DNA of 64,000 nt from a virus, in the IMG/VR virus record IMGVR_UViG_3300042566_000762, positions 42,462 to 106,461 of that record; one strand, 5' to 3'. Both the position numbers and the translations under genes were made by a program. Of the stretch, positions 17,242-26,994 are shown one piece after another. Position 1 is the first letter of the stretch. Every line of letters starts with the position of its first letter. Under the pieces are notes generated by a model, which saw only the letters and a list, made by a program, of their open reading frames with translations, did no database searches and was not told where the DNA came from.

Positions 17242-18683
17242 TAAATAATTAAGTTATTTTGAATAGAATACAATTCGTTTATAAAATCTGCACCATATAA
17301 TTTTGTGTTATTATATTCTAAAAATAATTTTTGATTATGTAGTAATATATCTTCCATTTTCCAATACCATTCATGCAATTCTTCATTTGACATTGAACAC
17401 AATCTTTTAATTTCATTGTGTATAGCTATCATTCTATCTGCTGTCGACTCAATTGTATCATATGTCTCATCTATGAATCCGTCAAATGTTTTAAATCCTA
17501 AGTCTCTTAACAATTGTAAACCCCCTGCAAATGTTACAAATATAAATGGTTGAAAATTAACAATAGGTTTAAATATTTTTTCAGTAAGAGATTTATGTTC
17601 ACCATCTACCAATGTTTCAAATAATATTTCAAAATAAGAATCCAAATGTGGTTTAAAATCAACATCAGTCCATGCATTTATTTCTCCGTAAGTATTTCCT
17701 GTTTCACTTTGTAAATTATGTGGAAACATCGTATATGCTGATTTAATTTTGTCTGCATCTATATCATGTAATTTATACTCAGATATTAAATGCCTTAAAC
17801 TGGGTTCATTTAATCCGTTTGTTGATAAAAATGACCAATCTCCATATTGTAATAAATCATCATTTATCATTCTATACATAACTGCCAACCTATGTAATCT
17901 GGCATTTCGCATTTTCATTAAGTATTTGTTTGGTCTTATTGTATTTTTACTGTTATTAAAATCATCTATATTCATTGATAATTTTAAATTATTTTTTATG
18001 CCATCGGAATAAAACCAAGAACCATGGTCTAAACAAAATGGTAAATTTCTAACTTCGTATTTTCTATCTTGTGGTTTAAACCAATTTTCATACAATTGTC
18101 TGGCATTAAAACTATTGACAACAACAAATATTGATGTTGATGGTAATCCACTATTTTTTAAACATTCGGTTAATCCGTTATGCATGTTTAAATCTAAAAA
18201 AGGTTCCATTGTATAATCTATGTAAATAATTCCTTTTCTTTTTTTTACTTTTTCCAAAACTTCTCTTGAAATAAATTTCCAAAAATACGAACCATTTAAT
18301 TTGTCAGCTATACCATTTTGAACGCCTGTGAATTGTGTAAATATTGGATTTGGTCTAATTGGATATATAAATTTTTTATTTGTATTTCTTTCAAATAAAA
18401 CCGAAGATTCTTTATAATCTAAATGTTCTCTATAAACATTGGCTTGGAAAAAATATCCATGTGCTGTATTGGGATTATGACCCATTGAATCTTCAAACAT
18501 ATCTTTCATAAAAATTTGATTACCTCTATCGGTTGTAGATGCTTCAAATATTGTAGAATGCAATGTTCTATTTGTGTGGACAGACGATATATAATTTATG
18601 ATACCCAGTTGGGTATCTAATGCATTTGGTAATATAAAAGTAGGAAATATGTAATCAAATACAAATGTTAATTGTTTTTTCAT
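17241..18683 (-). CDS. Putative glycosyltransferase (GT10-like C-terminal motif)
   Basis: FETL...LTEKIFKPI...QPFI...LRDLGFKTF..FIDETYD resembles the fucosyltransferase TEK motif region. Confidence 0.55.
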   Translation of the reverse strand: MKKQLTFVFDYIFPTFILPNALDTQLGIINYISSVHTNRTLHSTIFEASTTDRGNQIFMKDMFEDSMGHNPNTAHGYFFQANVYREHLDYKESSVLFERNTNKKFIYPIRPNPIFTQFTGVQNGIADKLNGSYFWKFISREVLEKVKKRKGIIYIDYTMEPFLDLNMHNGLTECLKNSGLPSTSIFVVVNSFNARQLYENWFKPQDRKYEVRNLPFCLDHGSWFYSDGIKNNLKLSMNIDDFNNSKNTIRPNKYLMKMRNARLHRLAVMYRMINDDLLQYGDWSFLSTNGLNEPSLRHLISEYKLHDIDADKIKSAYTMFPHNLQSETGNTYGEINAWTDVDFKPHLDSYFEILFETLVDGEHKSLTEKIFKPIVNFQPFIFVTFAGGLQLLRDLGFKTFDGFIDETYDTIESTADRMIAIHNEIKRLCSMSNEELHEWYWKMEDILLHNQKLFLEYNNTKLYGADFINELYSIQNNLII

Positions 18684-18685
18684 AA

Positions 18686-19474
18686 TTAATAAAATAATTT
18701 AGGGCCTAACCAAAAGGCTTTATTAAATGGTTCTAAAATGATTTTAGAGTAAATTTCATGTTGTAATTTAGTTGATTTATTATTAACGGCTTTTAGTGAT
18801 AACTCATATCTTAGTTTAGATTCTAATGTATCGTATTCAGGAAAAGTTTCCTTTAAATATTGGTAATGCATCGTTTGAGTTGGGTGTGTATCATAGTCAT
18901 TTTGGTCATCATATTTTACATATTCTAACTGATTTGGGTAGTTTTTACGTCTCCAATCATCCATAGATTCTTTCACATCTAACATATCATAAATTGAATC
19001 AAAATAATATTGTATTAATTTATTATCTTTATATTCATTTGATAATGAATTATTATTCATAGATGTCAAAAATGTGTGTTTAATATTTTTTAGTGTTAAT
19101 ATTTCTTTAATAGTTTTAATTGCAATAAATGATTGATAAACTGACCATTCACTTGACCACATATTTTCTAAAAACTCATTTGATATGTCAGGATTGAAAT
19201 AAATATTTCCACCATGCACCCAGTTATTTTTATTTCTAAAAGAAAGCCTATCCATATTAGTAAACATAACAATTACATAATCCGTTTGATTTAAATTTAA
19301 ATTATTATTGACTTCTATAAATCTGTTCATTATAAAAGTATTGGATGCACCACCTTGTCCAAAATTCATATATTCTTCAAAATTTGCACCCATATAATCG
19401 GCCCATGTTGCAGTAAAATATCCAGTATAACTGCAACCAAATGTTATTAGTCTTTTATTATTAAATGTAGTCAT
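18686..19474 (-). CDS. SGNH-like hydrolase or acyltransferase
   Basis: TFGCSYT, NFGQGGASN, DTHPT. Confidence 0.75.
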   Translation of the reverse strand: MTTFNNKRLITFGCSYTGYFTATWADYMGANFEEYMNFGQGGASNTFIMNRFIEVNNNLNLNQTDYVIVMFTNMDRLSFRNKNNWVHGGNIYFNPDISNEFLENMWSSEWSVYQSFIAIKTIKEILTLKNIKHTFLTSMNNNSLSNEYKDNKLIQYYFDSIYDMLDVKESMDDWRRKNYPNQLEYVKYDDQNDYDTHPTQTMHYQYLKETFPEYDTLESKLRYELSLKAVNNKSTKLQHEIYSKIILEPFNKAFWLGPKLFY

Positions 19475-20252
19475 TATTTTTCAATTTATCTAATATTATT
19501 TTGTATACTATTTCATGTCCTATATTTGATGTGTGCATTGTATTCATATCATCAGGATATTGATGGGAAAGTTTCATAAAATCTACATTGGCCAAATTTT
19601 TCATAGGAATATATTTATTAAATTCAACCAAATCATATGTTAAAAATATATGCTTAATACCTTTATTTTTTAATAATGAATGTGCTAAATTCATCATACC
19701 AATATCATATTGTCTTTGAATATTATCATCAAATATTTCTAAATAATATTCTTTTAATAATTTCATTCTAGTTTTACTTTCAGTATCAAATCTACTATAA
19801 TAATTGGATTTCCAATTTGGATTGTCCATACAATTATCCACATAATCAATTATACTATTAAAATTTTCAGTTAATAATTTACCATTATAATCACCATCTA
19901 ATTGCATTGGATTTGGTATATTATATTTGTAACTATCTTTACCAAATGGTGGATATTGGTGATAATTCACATTGGTATTCTTAATATCTCCATTAAATTC
20001 ATAATTTTCAGGAAACCATTCCGTTCGATTATATGTTGTAACACCGATGCACATTAAATCAATATTTTTATAATTTTCAATTGCATATTTTACTTGTAAA
20101 AATATAGAAAAATTAGAACTAGACCCTTTAGCTAAATTTATTAAATTTAAATTTAATTTATCAGATAATAGTGAACCATATGGTTCTTTTTCTAAATTAT
20201 GACAACCAATTCCTATATTAAAAGAATCTCCACAAATAACTAAATTATTCAT
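19461..20252 (-). CDS. SGNH-like hydrolase or acyltransferase
   Basis: ICGDSF, NLAKGSSSN, MHTSNIGH. Confidence 0.75.
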   Translation of the reverse strand: MNNLVICGDSFNIGIGCHNLEKEPYGSLLSDKLNLNLINLAKGSSSNFSIFLQVKYAIENYKNIDLMCIGVTTYNRTEWFPENYEFNGDIKNTNVNYHQYPPFGKDSYKYNIPNPMQLDGDYNGKLLTENFNSIIDYVDNCMDNPNWKSNYYSRFDTESKTRMKLLKEYYLEIFDDNIQRQYDIGMMNLAHSLLKNKGIKHIFLTYDLVEFNKYIPMKNLANVDFMKLSHQYPDDMNTMHTSNIGHEIVYKIILDKLKNNDYI

Positions 20253-21126
20253 ATATAAGTTTATTTTGTTTTATATAATCATATAATTCATTTGCCCATA
20301 TCAAATGCGATTCTTCTGATGGATGCCAACCTGAATATGGGTTATTTATTGCATTTTGTTCCATAAAAGATTTAAATGTATTATTTTTTTTATTCTTTTT
20401 ATAAAATCTAATAGAATCAATACTTTCCCACAATGATACATATTCTTGTTTATAGTATTCTCTTTCAAAATTTTTGTTAGTATGATATGGATGATTTTGT
20501 AAATGTAATTTTTGCAATTCCAATTTTATATCAATGTCTTTCCAAACTTCAATAGATGTTCCAACATTTTGATAAAAGGAATTAAATGATAACCATTTTA
20601 TATTATTTGCTTTACAAAAATTTTCAAATTGTAAAATATTCATAATATGTCTTGGTAAATATTCTTCTTTATTCCAAAGATATTCAACATAATAATTCCA
20701 AAATTCTTTTTGATTTTCTTTTTGTAGATTTTGAATGGATGGCCAGATTCTCATATTGTAATTCAAATCTTCATCTTTATACCAAAAAGAATTTCGTTCA
20801 GGAGATGACCAACCAACTAATAAAAATAAATTATCAGTTGGGATATTTTTTACAATATAATTTGAGGTAACATATGTTATTATTCTGTTTAATATGGTAT
20901 TATTATCATCTGCAGACCAACTTAAATTTATTACATCTGCGTCTAATAATTTACCTAAATGAGTTGAAAATATTTTAGATAATCTATATTCGTTATTTTC
21001 ATTAATCCAATCATATTCTCCGGCATGAGTATTTGTTGGTTTATTTTTAAGTATATTTGGGTCTAATATTTCTGAACCAAATACCCAGCTATCCCCATCA
21101 CAAATAATTTTTAATTTCTTTTCCAT
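20245..21126 (-). CDS. SGNH-like hydrolase or acyltransferase
   Basis: DGDSWVFG, NLSWSADDN, GWHPSEESH. Confidence 0.75.
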   Translation of the reverse strand: MEKKLKIICDGDSWVFGSEILDPNILKNKPTNTHAGEYDWINENNEYRLSKIFSTHLGKLLDADVINLSWSADDNNTILNRIITYVTSNYIVKNIPTDNLFLLVGWSSPERNSFWYKDEDLNYNMRIWPSIQNLQKENQKEFWNYYVEYLWNKEEYLPRHIMNILQFENFCKANNIKWLSFNSFYQNVGTSIEVWKDIDIKLELQKLHLQNHPYHTNKNFEREYYKQEYVSLWESIDSIRFYKKNKKNNTFKSFMEQNAINNPYSGWHPSEESHLIWANELYDYIKQNKLIYE

Positions 21127-21785
21127 TATATTAATTTTGCTTTAAACGCCGTTTCAGTATCGTGATATATTTTATTAAGTATTATTTTAGAAAAATCTCT
21201 ATGTCCCTTATATGACCAATGTAAATCTTCTATTTCACCATTGGTACAAGTTTTTATATTTTCATAAACTGTCCATAATTGTTCTACTTCCCAAAAAACC
21301 AATTTATCTATTTTTTTATTTTTTAAATATTTTTTAATAAAATCAAATCTTAAATTTTGTCTTTTTTTAGTATTTTCATCGCAAAGTAAAGATAAAAAAT
21401 ATTCTATATGTTCTATTTCATTTTTATTAAAATTCAATTGTTTTAATAATGCCGATGAATTTAAACTAATTGTATTAAATTTATAAATTATATCATTTTT
21501 AATATTAAATTCATTATTTGGAATATCAAATCTACTATAAAAAGTTTTGCCTATTATTACAATATCATCTTTAGAAATCAAATCTATTTTTTCAATTATA
21601 TTATCAAGTATTCTATCATTTGAAAGGCCGCCATAACCAAAATTAACTAATTTCAAATTTAATTCATTGGCAACGATATCTGGCCAATGCATGTCACCAT
21701 CTATTCTATATTTTTGAGAATATTCACATTCTTCATGTGTTTTATTAAATGTGAACGAATCACCAAAAGTAAATAATTTTTTCAT
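21126..21785 (-). CDS. SGNH-like hydrolase or acyltransferase
   Basis: TFGDSFT, NFGYGGLSN, DLHWSYKGH; likely start MKKLF at 21785. Confidence 0.75.
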   Translation of the reverse strand: MKKLFTFGDSFTFNKTHEECEYSQKYRIDGDMHWPDIVANELNLKLVNFGYGGLSNDRILDNIIEKIDLISKDDIVIIGKTFYSRFDIPNNEFNIKNDIIYKFNTISLNSSALLKQLNFNKNEIEHIEYFLSLLCDENTKKRQNLRFDFIKKYLKNKKIDKLVFWEVEQLWTVYENIKTCTNGEIEDLHWSYKGHRDFSKIILNKIYHDTETAFKAKLI

Positions 21786-21786
21786 A

Positions 21787-22653
21787 TTAAGGTTGGCCAA
21801 AGTTATCACCATACCAATCTACGGAAATTTGATGTATTTCTTTCCAATTTTTGACACCATCTAATTGTTTATCCTCAGCTTCTTTTCTGACAATATAGTA
21901 TGGTGTAGTAACTTCTCCTGTCGGATATATTTGCCAATTTATTAAATGTCTATATAATGTAGTACCGGGTCCTAAATTGAATATTGTTTCATCCATAATT
22001 TCGTTTGAATTTAATTTCAACTTATCTGCAGTTACAACTTTGTGTTGCCATCTAAATGCATTTCCAATAATGTCCATTGTGGGTGAATCTGAATAAAAAA
22101 ATACATCGTCAAATGAAATTGTATTAAATTCTTTTGGGAATCTTGCTAAAAATTCGGCCGATGAATAAGCTGAAAATGGTTGGGTTGGATGAACATAAAA
22201 TTTATTAGTCATAAAACCAAATCGTGGAAATGGGTCTAATGAAAAGTTTAAATCAAATCTACTTTTTATTACTAAATCATATACAAAATCATTTTCAATT
22301 TCATATTTTCTTTTTAATTGAACAACTTTCATCAAACTATAAAAAAGTGGAGACCATACATTATTAAAATCTGCTGCGTTGTATTTTTCATATTCCATTA
22401 AAACCGGGTTGAATGCGTTTTGTATTTCGGTTTCGGTTATCGGGTCTAATAAATAATCATCACCTTCCCATCTTTGTTTTGTTTTATCTCTATAACTATT
22501 TGTATCCCAAGTATGAACAAAATAATCAACTTCTACTTTTTGTTTTGTAAAATCATTTACCTTTATATTGAAATAATTTAATATATTTTGTATACCTACT
22601 TTGAAAGTTCTGGATTGGCCGGTCAGTAAAATTGCAACTTTAAATGGTTTCAT
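21787..22653 (-). CDS. Putative GT-A-like glycosyltransferase
   Basis: VAILLTGQSR, DYFVHTW, YDLVIKSRFD, DDVFFYS; paralog of 22656 and 40208. Confidence 0.6.
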   Translation of the reverse strand: MKPFKVAILLTGQSRTFKVGIQNILNYFNIKVNDFTKQKVEVDYFVHTWDTNSYRDKTKQRWEGDDYLLDPITETEIQNAFNPVLMEYEKYNAADFNNVWSPLFYSLMKVVQLKRKYEIENDFVYDLVIKSRFDLNFSLDPFPRFGFMTNKFYVHPTQPFSAYSSAEFLARFPKEFNTISFDDVFFYSDSPTMDIIGNAFRWQHKVVTADKLKLNSNEIMDETIFNLGPGTTLYRHLINWQIYPTGEVTTPYYIVRKEAEDKQLDGVKNWKEIHQISVDWYGDNFGQP

Positions 22654-22655
22654 AT

Positions 22656-23411
22656 TTAAATAAAATTTATTTTTTTATCATTTAAAATATTTAATCTATG
22701 CATTTTCATATCAAACATTCTCAGAAAATAACCAAACATATATTCTGGTGATATATTTTTTGGAAACTGTTCACTTTTTAATAATGGTATCATATTATAA
22801 ATTGAACACAATACATCGAATGTTTGTGAATTTGCAAAGAATAAATTAAAATTAACAACATCATATGGAAATTCAAATGTCTTTATAACATTGGCTGGAA
22901 AAACCATTCTGTCGTTTGGTATTGTAAATTTGTCTAATATAGTATTAGTTATAGTATCGTTCATCATTACATCACTTGATAATCTGAAGCAAACATCGTA
23001 TTCAAAATTGTGTTTTAATTCATATTCTCTTTTAATATGAGATGCCATCATCATACTATAAAATTCAGGTGCATGCTTTAATAATAAAGATTTATGATGT
23101 GTGTTACCTGCATGTTGATATTTTAATTCATTTAATGTATCCGCTCTACTTATATATTTTTCAAAGTTTTCAATTTTAATATCTTTGGGTCTTACAAAGT
23201 TTTGAAAATCTAACAAAACCGAATTATCTATCATTTTGATTTCACTATGGTCATTGATATTAAAATCCCAGGTATGAACAAAAATATCAAATGATGCATC
23301 TGTATTAAAATATTTAGATGAATTTAATATTTTATAAAATAAATTATTCCATGTAGAATATTTATCTAACCAATTTTTTAAATTACCTGATATACAAACT
23401 GCTATTTTCAT
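22656..23411 (-). CDS. Putative GT-A-like glycosyltransferase (paralog, motifs partly degenerate)
   Basis: KIAVCISG, DIFVHTW, KREYE..YDVCFRLSSD, SPEY. Confidence 0.55.
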   Translation of the reverse strand: MKIAVCISGNLKNWLDKYSTWNNLFYKILNSSKYFNTDASFDIFVHTWDFNINDHSEIKMIDNSVLLDFQNFVRPKDIKIENFEKYISRADTLNELKYQHAGNTHHKSLLLKHAPEFYSMMMASHIKREYELKHNFEYDVCFRLSSDVMMNDTITNTILDKFTIPNDRMVFPANVIKTFEFPYDVVNFNLFFANSQTFDVLCSIYNMIPLLKSEQFPKNISPEYMFGYFLRMFDMKMHRLNILNDKKINFI

Positions 23412-23414
23412 ATT

Positions 23415-24170
23415 TTAAAAATATATATTATTTTTGATATAAAGTTGTGGGTTATTTCCTTTAAAAGATAAATCCCAAATCTTATAACGATTGTGATTTA
23501 AAAAATTACAAAAAAATGAAAAAGAATAATCCGTTTGCATTTTGTTATTAATTCGTTTTAAATCTCCAGTAACTTCTATTAAGTTTTCATTATAACTTTT
23601 AGATATTTCAATTACATCTTCAATTGTTAAATTTTTTGTTGATAAAAAAGATAAATCATATTCAAAGTCACCAAAGCTAGAATGTTCATCATCGGAAATC
23701 ATATTACCACATCCAAACCAATAAAATGCACCTTTATAAGAAACTTTATCCATATCAATATAATATATTAAACCCACCAATTCGTTGTTTATGTAACAAT
23801 CAATTGTTTTTTTTGCATCATTACAAATCATTGTATAATCATTATATTCATCCCAATTAGATTCATCAAGTAATACGGATACATCTTTATAAATTGGTGT
23901 GGTTTTTTCTATATCCGTTGTTTCATAAAACCAATAAGAAAATTGAATAACAATTTTATCATTTGGGTCTTTGAATGTAGATATGCCAGCATGCATACCA
24001 TTTCTTGCTAAAATATATGCTGCTTTATTTGTTATTGTTTCTGGAAACAATTTAGCCTTTACATATAATGTAAAGTCTTTATCCATACATTCATCTATTT
24101 TATCGGATAAACCATATATGTTTTCGGTTAATATAAAAAATATATTATCTTTATTTATTTTTAAACTCAT
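23415..24170 (-). CDS. LamG/concanavalin-A-like beta-sandwich protein
   Basis: DFTLYVKAK, IDCYINNELVG, FGCG, IWDLSFKGN, similar to the inserts of the neighbouring GT7 proteins. Confidence 0.5.
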   Translation of the reverse strand: MSLKINKDNIFFILTENIYGLSDKIDECMDKDFTLYVKAKLFPETITNKAAYILARNGMHAGISTFKDPNDKIVIQFSYWFYETTDIEKTTPIYKDVSVLLDESNWDEYNDYTMICNDAKKTIDCYINNELVGLIYYIDMDKVSYKGAFYWFGCGNMISDDEHSSFGDFEYDLSFLSTKNLTIEDVIEISKSYNENLIEVTGDLKRINNKMQTDYSFSFFCNFLNHNRYKIWDLSFKGNNPQLYIKNNIYF

Positions 24171-24172
24171 AT

Positions 24173-25585
24173 TTATATTGTTTTACAAAAGTTATAAAAT
24201 TCTTCTAATTCAGGGAATGTTTTTACAAAATCAGTTCCTCTTCTTTTATCATGTTCAGTAAAAAATTTGTAAAAATCACTTCGATTTCTCATTTGTTGCT
24301 GTGCATCTTGTGGTGAAATCATCCAATCGTATATTCTTTTAATTTTTTGAACTTCAACATCACTATATCCAATATGTGTATGGTCAAATGATGGTGATGC
24401 ATAATATGTAATCAATTTAACTTGGTCTACAATATATTTAGAAAAATCATAAGGAAGAATTTGTACGGTTTGATGTAATGGAAATCTCAAATACGATGAA
24501 TCCAAAAATGTTGCTGAGTTCCAATATCTATCGGTGCTAGCATATTCATCTTTTAATTTATAGACTTCATGTATTAATTTATTGTAATTAAATAAACTTA
24601 ATGCATTATAAGTTGACATAAATGTAACATTTGTTCTATTTAATGAACTCAATATTTTATTTACATTATCCCAAAACCTATTAAATTCTAAACCATTACG
24701 AATATATTCAGCTTGGGGGCCCCATGTATCACACGATGTAAATATTACAATTTCTTTAACTCTACCTTCATCTTCAATTTTTTTAATTTTTTGAATAAAC
24801 TTATTTATCAATTCATCTGGTGCACCTAAATTTGAATTAATTGCTAACTTCAATTCTCTATTTGGGTTTTCTTGTTCTAAAATAAAATCCAATACTCCCC
24901 AAGTATCTTTTGACAATAAAGGTTCACCACCAGTAATTCTAAAGGTATGTAAATCCCTATATAATTCAGGCCACCATTTCCAAAATGCGTCTACATATGG
25001 ATTTGGTTTACTATGTGGAATCGGAAATTTATTTTCAGCTTTTAACCAATCATCTGAATTAAACTTGTTAGATGTTGGGTATCCACCGAATTTACCAATT
25101 TCTTCTACCCATTTAGAACTATATGCGGGCCCGCAATATGAACATTTAAAATTACATGCATTACTAAATGAAACTTCTACATATTTTGGATTATAATCAT
25201 CTCTCCAATTAGAATTAAAAATTTCTTCTTTAAATGGTAAAGACCAACTTTCACCTGATTTAAAAATTCTATCACTAAATCTATCGGAATTATCTTCTAC
25301 ATTCCAACAATAGTCACACTCTTCAGGTCTTGCACCACTTAACATTTCTTTTCTGCGAAGTTTTTTATATCTTGTATTATGAAGTGCCGATGGATTACGT
25401 TCAATTTCTTTTTCAGAAATTTTATGAGTTCTAGGGTGGTGACATGAGTGGTTATGACCACTTTGTAATTGTAAAGTTACTTGTGTCCATTTTGCTAAAC
25501 ACATACCAGTTCCTACTTCATTTAATTCGTCTTTTAGTTTTGTGTAAAACGGATTATCAAAATTTATTTTTTCTTCTTCTGCCAT
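24173..25585 (-). CDS. Radical SAM protein with N-terminal twitch/SPASM-like domain
   Basis: CNFKCSYC, ITGGEP; N-terminal CLAKW..SCHH..CDYCW. Confidence 0.9.
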   Translation of the reverse strand: MAEEEKINFDNPFYTKLKDELNEVGTGMCLAKWTQVTLQLQSGHNHSCHHPRTHKISEKEIERNPSALHNTRYKKLRRKEMLSGARPEECDYCWNVEDNSDRFSDRIFKSGESWSLPFKEEIFNSNWRDDYNPKYVEVSFSNACNFKCSYCGPAYSSKWVEEIGKFGGYPTSNKFNSDDWLKAENKFPIPHSKPNPYVDAFWKWWPELYRDLHTFRITGGEPLLSKDTWGVLDFILEQENPNRELKLAINSNLGAPDELINKFIQKIKKIEDEGRVKEIVIFTSCDTWGPQAEYIRNGLEFNRFWDNVNKILSSLNRTNVTFMSTYNALSLFNYNKLIHEVYKLKDEYASTDRYWNSATFLDSSYLRFPLHQTVQILPYDFSKYIVDQVKLITYYASPSFDHTHIGYSDVEVQKIKRIYDWMISPQDAQQQMRNRSDFYKFFTEHDKRRGTDFVKTFPELEEFYNFCKTI

Positions 25586-25587
25586 AA

Positions 25588-26994
25588 TTATACTTTAACA
25601 TTTATTAATTTGTGTCTGCCGAATATAGTATCCGTATTAAGATATTCATATTTCATATTATTGATACCATCTTTTTTATAATCAACGTTTCCTTGTTGCA
25701 TTTCTAATATATATCTTCTCTCATTTTTTGCAGTTGTCTCACCTTTTGACCACTTATCTATACCACCTTCGGTTATTAGTCCTTCCGTTGGATGTGGTAA
25801 ACATTTGAATTTTCCATTTTTTCTATAAGGTAATATTGTATGTGGTATTTCTATTTTTTCTTTTGTTAATTCAATTCTTCTCATTTTACCAAATTCCAAA
25901 TTCATAGTGAATATATCTAATATTAAATTATCTTGTGGTGTTTCTTTGTGTAAATTTTTTATTTCTTCTGGATTTAAACACCTATCCCACATTTTTATAT
26001 CAGCGATACCACCTTTAAAAAAAACTTCAGTTGGAGATTTTGAATACCCAATGGTAAATGGTTCCATACCATATCGTTTCAATGGTTCAGTATATTTTAA
26101 TGGTGATTGTGTTCCGGTTCCCAATCTTGCATCACTTTCTTGTCCATTTAAATAAAAATGTATTTTTTTATTTTTAGCGTCTACTGAAAGTGTAACCCAA
26201 CTCCATTGATTTTCATACCTCTTAATCCATTGATATAAATGCCCTTTCATTCTATCCCAAAGTTGTATAGTATATGCTCTACTATTATTGAAAGATAATC
26301 CCCAATCGTATCCAGGTTTTCTGAATATTGGATACTCCATAAATCGCCTATCAGTATCTCCTATTAAGTAAATGGGAACTTTTTCAATCTGTTGTTCAGC
26401 TTTTACTAATATAGAAATTGTGTGTGAGTTTGAAAGACAATCTTTTTGTTCTTTAGATGGTTCAAATTCAATTTTAGAATTTATTCCATTAAAATTAGCT
26501 ACATACTTTTCTTCATTATAATCTAATTTTGTTTCTTCTGCATATCCTTCCATTACACATCTCCAAAATAAATCATCATCTTCCATACCCCAATCCCAAT
26601 ATTCATTTGAGTAACCATTGGTTTTTTCAACTTGTTCTTTTGAAAATACAACTGCACCTCCAAAATATTCTTGATATTTTAATTGATAATCGGATTGTGA
26701 AATACGAACTGCAATGTGTTGGGGATTATCATTAGGAAATGAATAATCACAACTATCATCTTCAGGAACCATATCTATATCATGCCAAACGATGTAATCA
26801 CATCCATCATCAAACGCATGTTTAGCGGCAATGTTTTTCATTAAACCTCTATTAAAAAGTTTATCATCGCATTGGTGAGCAAGGTATATAGTGTGTTCGA
26901 TTCCTCTTTCTTCTAAGAATTTTGTAATATGGGGAACAAATATATGCATATGCTCCTCTCTATTTCTATATGGTACACATACTCCTAATTTCAT
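25588..26994 (-). CDS. GT7 beta-1,4-galactosyltransferase-like protein with inserted LamG domain
   Basis: VPYRNR, FNRG, HDID, YFGG, NGYSN.YWDWGMEDDD; insert with WVTLSVD..FYLNG..FKGGIADIKMWDRCL. Confidence 0.85.
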   Translation of the reverse strand: MKLGVCVPYRNREEHMHIFVPHITKFLEERGIEHTIYLAHQCDDKLFNRGLMKNIAAKHAFDDGCDYIVWHDIDMVPEDDSCDYSFPNDNPQHIAVRISQSDYQLKYQEYFGGAVVFSKEQVEKTNGYSNEYWDWGMEDDDLFWRCVMEGYAEETKLDYNEEKYVANFNGINSKIEFEPSKEQKDCLSNSHTISILVKAEQQIEKVPIYLIGDTDRRFMEYPIFRKPGYDWGLSFNNSRAYTIQLWDRMKGHLYQWIKRYENQWSWVTLSVDAKNKKIHFYLNGQESDARLGTGTQSPLKYTEPLKRYGMEPFTIGYSKSPTEVFFKGGIADIKMWDRCLNPEEIKNLHKETPQDNLILDIFTMNLEFGKMRRIELTKEKIEIPHTILPYRKNGKFKCLPHPTEGLITEGGIDKWSKGETTAKNERRYILEMQQGNVDYKKDGINNMKYEYLNTDTIFGRHKLINVKV

